From assembly GCA_013239625.1 (NCBI GenBank), contig MU053588.1, positions 2,738,508-2,802,507 on the forward strand: 64,000 nucleotides of DNA, in the 5' to 3' direction. The stretch is from Lama guanicoe. Taxonomy: Eukaryota. Position numbers and translations under genes: made by a program. Below the pieces are notes generated by a model. It was not told where the DNA came from, searched no databases, and was given only the letters and a program-made list of their open reading frames with translations. The stretch's first letter is position 1, and each line of letters begins with the position of its first letter. Below, one piece after another: positions 61,268 to 64,000 of this stretch.

Positions 61268-62962
61268 GTGCAGGGGCGACCCGGCCGGGTGGCAAGGGAG
61301 ACTGGCAGAGGAAGTGGGAGAGGAGAATGCAGAGCAGAAGCACAGATGGAAATCCTAGGACAGACAGGGACACAGGGAGAGACAGATAGAAATGTGAGGT
61401 AAGCTAGGGAGAGACAAGCAGGGACCCAGGGGAAGAGAATGGGACCAACAGTGAGAAGGCTTAGCATTTAGGAGAGGACAGAAGTGCCGTTTGAGACTAG
61501 CGGGCGGAGGACACCGTATCCAACACTGTGATAACTGGTTACCCCTCAGGAAAACTAGATCCCTCCCTGCCCCATGCACAGAGGCACTGACAGAAACCTG
61601 GGGGACTATGTTCATGACCCTGGGGAGACAGAGTTCTCTTGAACAGGACACCCACGTGGAAAGCATGAAGGAAAACATCGGTGATGTTTCTTACAGCGTG
61701 TTGTACTTATAAGCAGCTTTGTGATCAAAGACGCCAGAACTAAAGACAAAAAGACGAGAGCAAATGTAGGAGAGTGGGTTAAGGTTCTGGTTAGGGAGAA
61801 GGCGCAGCTGTGGAGAGAGGGATCTGGAAAGAGTGGGACACGGCGGCAGATGTCCGTCAGAGATGAAGATGGGGGCAGGGGAGTGGGAGATGAATGAAGG
61901 AAGTGGGGTTAGGTGGCAGAAACAGACTGGGGCATGGTAGGGGGCAAAGAGGGTGGGCAGAGGACAGGTGGGAGGAACTGAGACCCAGAGAGAGAGTTAG
62001 GAAGAAGGAAGGAGAGAAGCAAAAGTTTGATGGAAAACACTGGAAACAAATGAGGGTGAGAGAGAGGGCAGGACGGGGATGGTCGATGGTCACAGACTCA
62101 GGTACCACAGAGGCCCGGGTTCCTCAGCTCTGAGGGTGGGGCTAATGACAGTGGGTGGGAGGGACTGAGCTGCCCCTGCAGGAAGAGGCAGCTGGGGGAG
62201 GTGCGAAGGACCAGGGTTTGGGGCGGTGGGGAAGCCAGTCTCACCTGAGGGGTGGCTTCAGAGAGGAGCACGCTGGGGAGAGGTGTGACCTGAGCTCTGG
62301 AGGACCCTCACCTGGGCAGATGCCTTCGTGCCACCCTATCCCATGCACACACATGCCTACTCGGAGCAGATGTACACGTACATGCCCGGCAGTGCGTGTC
62401 CAGGCGTGTGCACCAACAGACGGGCACATACAGTCTACATACTGGCTCCTGCCCGTGTGCAGGACACCTGCCCATGACATCCTGCACACGGGCTCCCAGT
62501 CACAGCTCCCCATGGCTGTGTGCTCACACACACGCATATACAGGAGGATGTGTGTGTACGTGTGGCCACGCACACTGATGGGCAGGAGCTTGTGAATGCT
62601 GCCTAGGCACAATTGTACACAGGCCGGAGACCACCAGTGCCTCAGGCCAGGGTGTACACCAGCCTCACTGCACCCACACTTGCTTAGACACAAGTCCACA
62701 CGTAGATACAGGCCTAGTCACACACATGTGCTCAGACACGTGCATGACTGCTCATGGTCACATGACCACAGGCATCTGTGCATGTTTTCTAACATTGCTG
62801 AATGTGCACACTGACACTCACTTGTGTTCAAGCTTCCAGTAAGCGTGGTCACACGCATGTGTGGACACAGGTCTGCTCAGGAACACTCACTCCTCCCTCC
62901 ACCAGCCCCTCACCTCGCCTTTAGACCCCTGACCCCGCGCCCACCCCGTCTCCTCCGTGCAG

Positions 62963-63232
62963 GGGGTGAGTACTTCAGCGATGAGCAGATGCGGTTCCGG
63001 GCCCCGCTGCTCTACGAGCAGTACATCGGGCAGTACCTGACCCAGGAGGAGCTCAGTGCTCGCGCCCCGGCCCACCAGCCGCCCAAGCCCGGCACGCCCG
63101 CCTGCCCGCTCTCCGACCTGCTGCTCCAGTCCTACCAGGAGCGGGAGCTGCAGCAGCGACTGCTCCAGCAGCAGGAGGAGGAGGAAGCCTGCTTGGAGGA
63201 GGAGGAAGAGGAGGAGGACAGCGATGAGGAAG
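62963..63232 (+). CDS. CCDC97: CCDC97 exon 3 (coiled coil, acidic tract), 270 nt
   Basis: tgcag|GGGGT...GAAG|gtgag; [29 protein letters not shown]...[22 protein letters not shown]. Confidence 0.95.
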
Positions 63233-63683
63233 GTGAGGGCCAGCAGCCTAGAGGCCCCAGTGTCAGGACACCCCAGCCCTGGGCCTGTGTGTCTCCATGG
63301 CACCAGGCTGGGCCCACTTGCAAGAGCAGACATCGAGTCCCTCCCCTGCTACCCCAGCTGCCCTGGCCCTGTCCATCCTCTCCAGCTTCCCTGTCCCAAC
63401 TCCTCAAAAGCACCAAGCTATCCCTCACCTCCAGGCGTTGCTCATGCCATTCCCTCCGCCAGGAATGCCTTCCTGTCACCAGCCTTCAGGTGTCAGGTCA
63501 TGTTCTACAGCCTCCGGAGCACTGTAGTGTCCTGTGTTTGGTGTGTGCTCTGGGAAGGCAGAGATGGGGCCATCTTGGTCACTGCTGTGTTCCCAGTGCC
63601 ACCCAGTACCAAGGGGGCAGCTCTCTGTGGGTGTGTGTTCAATGCCCTCCTCATACACTCCCACCGTGGGTGTCTCCCTGCAG

Positions 63684-63813
63684 ACCAGAGGCCCGGCAAA
63701 GACTCGGAGGCCTGGGTCCCCGACTCGGAAGAGAGACTGATCCTGCGGGAAGAGTTCACCAGCCGGATGCACCAGCGCTTCCTGGACGGCAAGGATGGGG
63801 ACTTTGACTACAG
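63684..63813 (+). CDS. CCDC97: CCDC97 exon 4, 130 nt (gene continues past the window)
   Basis: tgcag|ACCAG...ACAG|gtgct; [42 protein letters not shown]. Confidence 0.94.
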
Positions 63814-64000
63814 GTGCTCCCGTGCCCTCACCCCCCGCCCAGCACCCCACAGGACATCGGCTGTGCAGTCACACAGCCTAGGGGTTTCAGATCAACCAGA
63901 GATCCGTGGGTGACCTTGTAGTAGCTTTGTCCATCTCTGAGCCTCAGTCCCCTCATCTGAAGGAGGGGAATGAGCAGGGCTGACATTCAACTCTATATTC

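Noticed and set aside
60706..61467. 253-aa antisense ORF and other long antisense or alternate-frame ORFs (22028-22579, 15717-16436, 62824-63807, 63056-63913, 2944-3648)
   Set aside because: Shadows or intronic run-ons of real GC-rich exons, with no independent domain or splice support

Overview
Mammalian genomic DNA, probably camelid (inferred from abundant tRNA-Ala-derived Vic-1-type SINEs), carrying the conserved AXL-HNRNPUL1-CCDC97 block. All three genes are on the + strand. The window holds AXL coding exons 7-20 plus 3'UTR (2985 to ~20010), the complete 15-exon HNRNPUL1 (CDS 22398-52841, 857 aa by my splicing) and CCDC97 exons 1-4 (56223-63813, last exon beyond the window). Every splice junction I read is GT-AG and keeps frame; exon numbers follow my recollection of the human orthologs. 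Introns are dense in MIR/MIR3, L1, L2, MaLR LTR, Tigger, hAT and SINE relics, and there is one 78-N assembly gap. Most notable: (1) an intact tRNA-Ala(CGC) gene, antisense in AXL intron 12, nested in an old hAT transposon with leader, T4 trailer and poly(A), which looks like a retroposed pre-tRNA; (2) most of the AXL 3'UTR is a MIR3 remnant followed by a ~1 kb degenerate octamer array, with an antisense counterpart in intron 12; (3) a tail-to-tail inverted SINE pair in the same intron; (4) several splice and translation features (27-nt AXL microexon, upstream HNRNPUL1 first exon giving a SAP-less isoform, NAGNAGNAG acceptor, frameshifting alternative acceptor, CCDC97 uORF). No CRISPR, rRNA or prokaryotic features.
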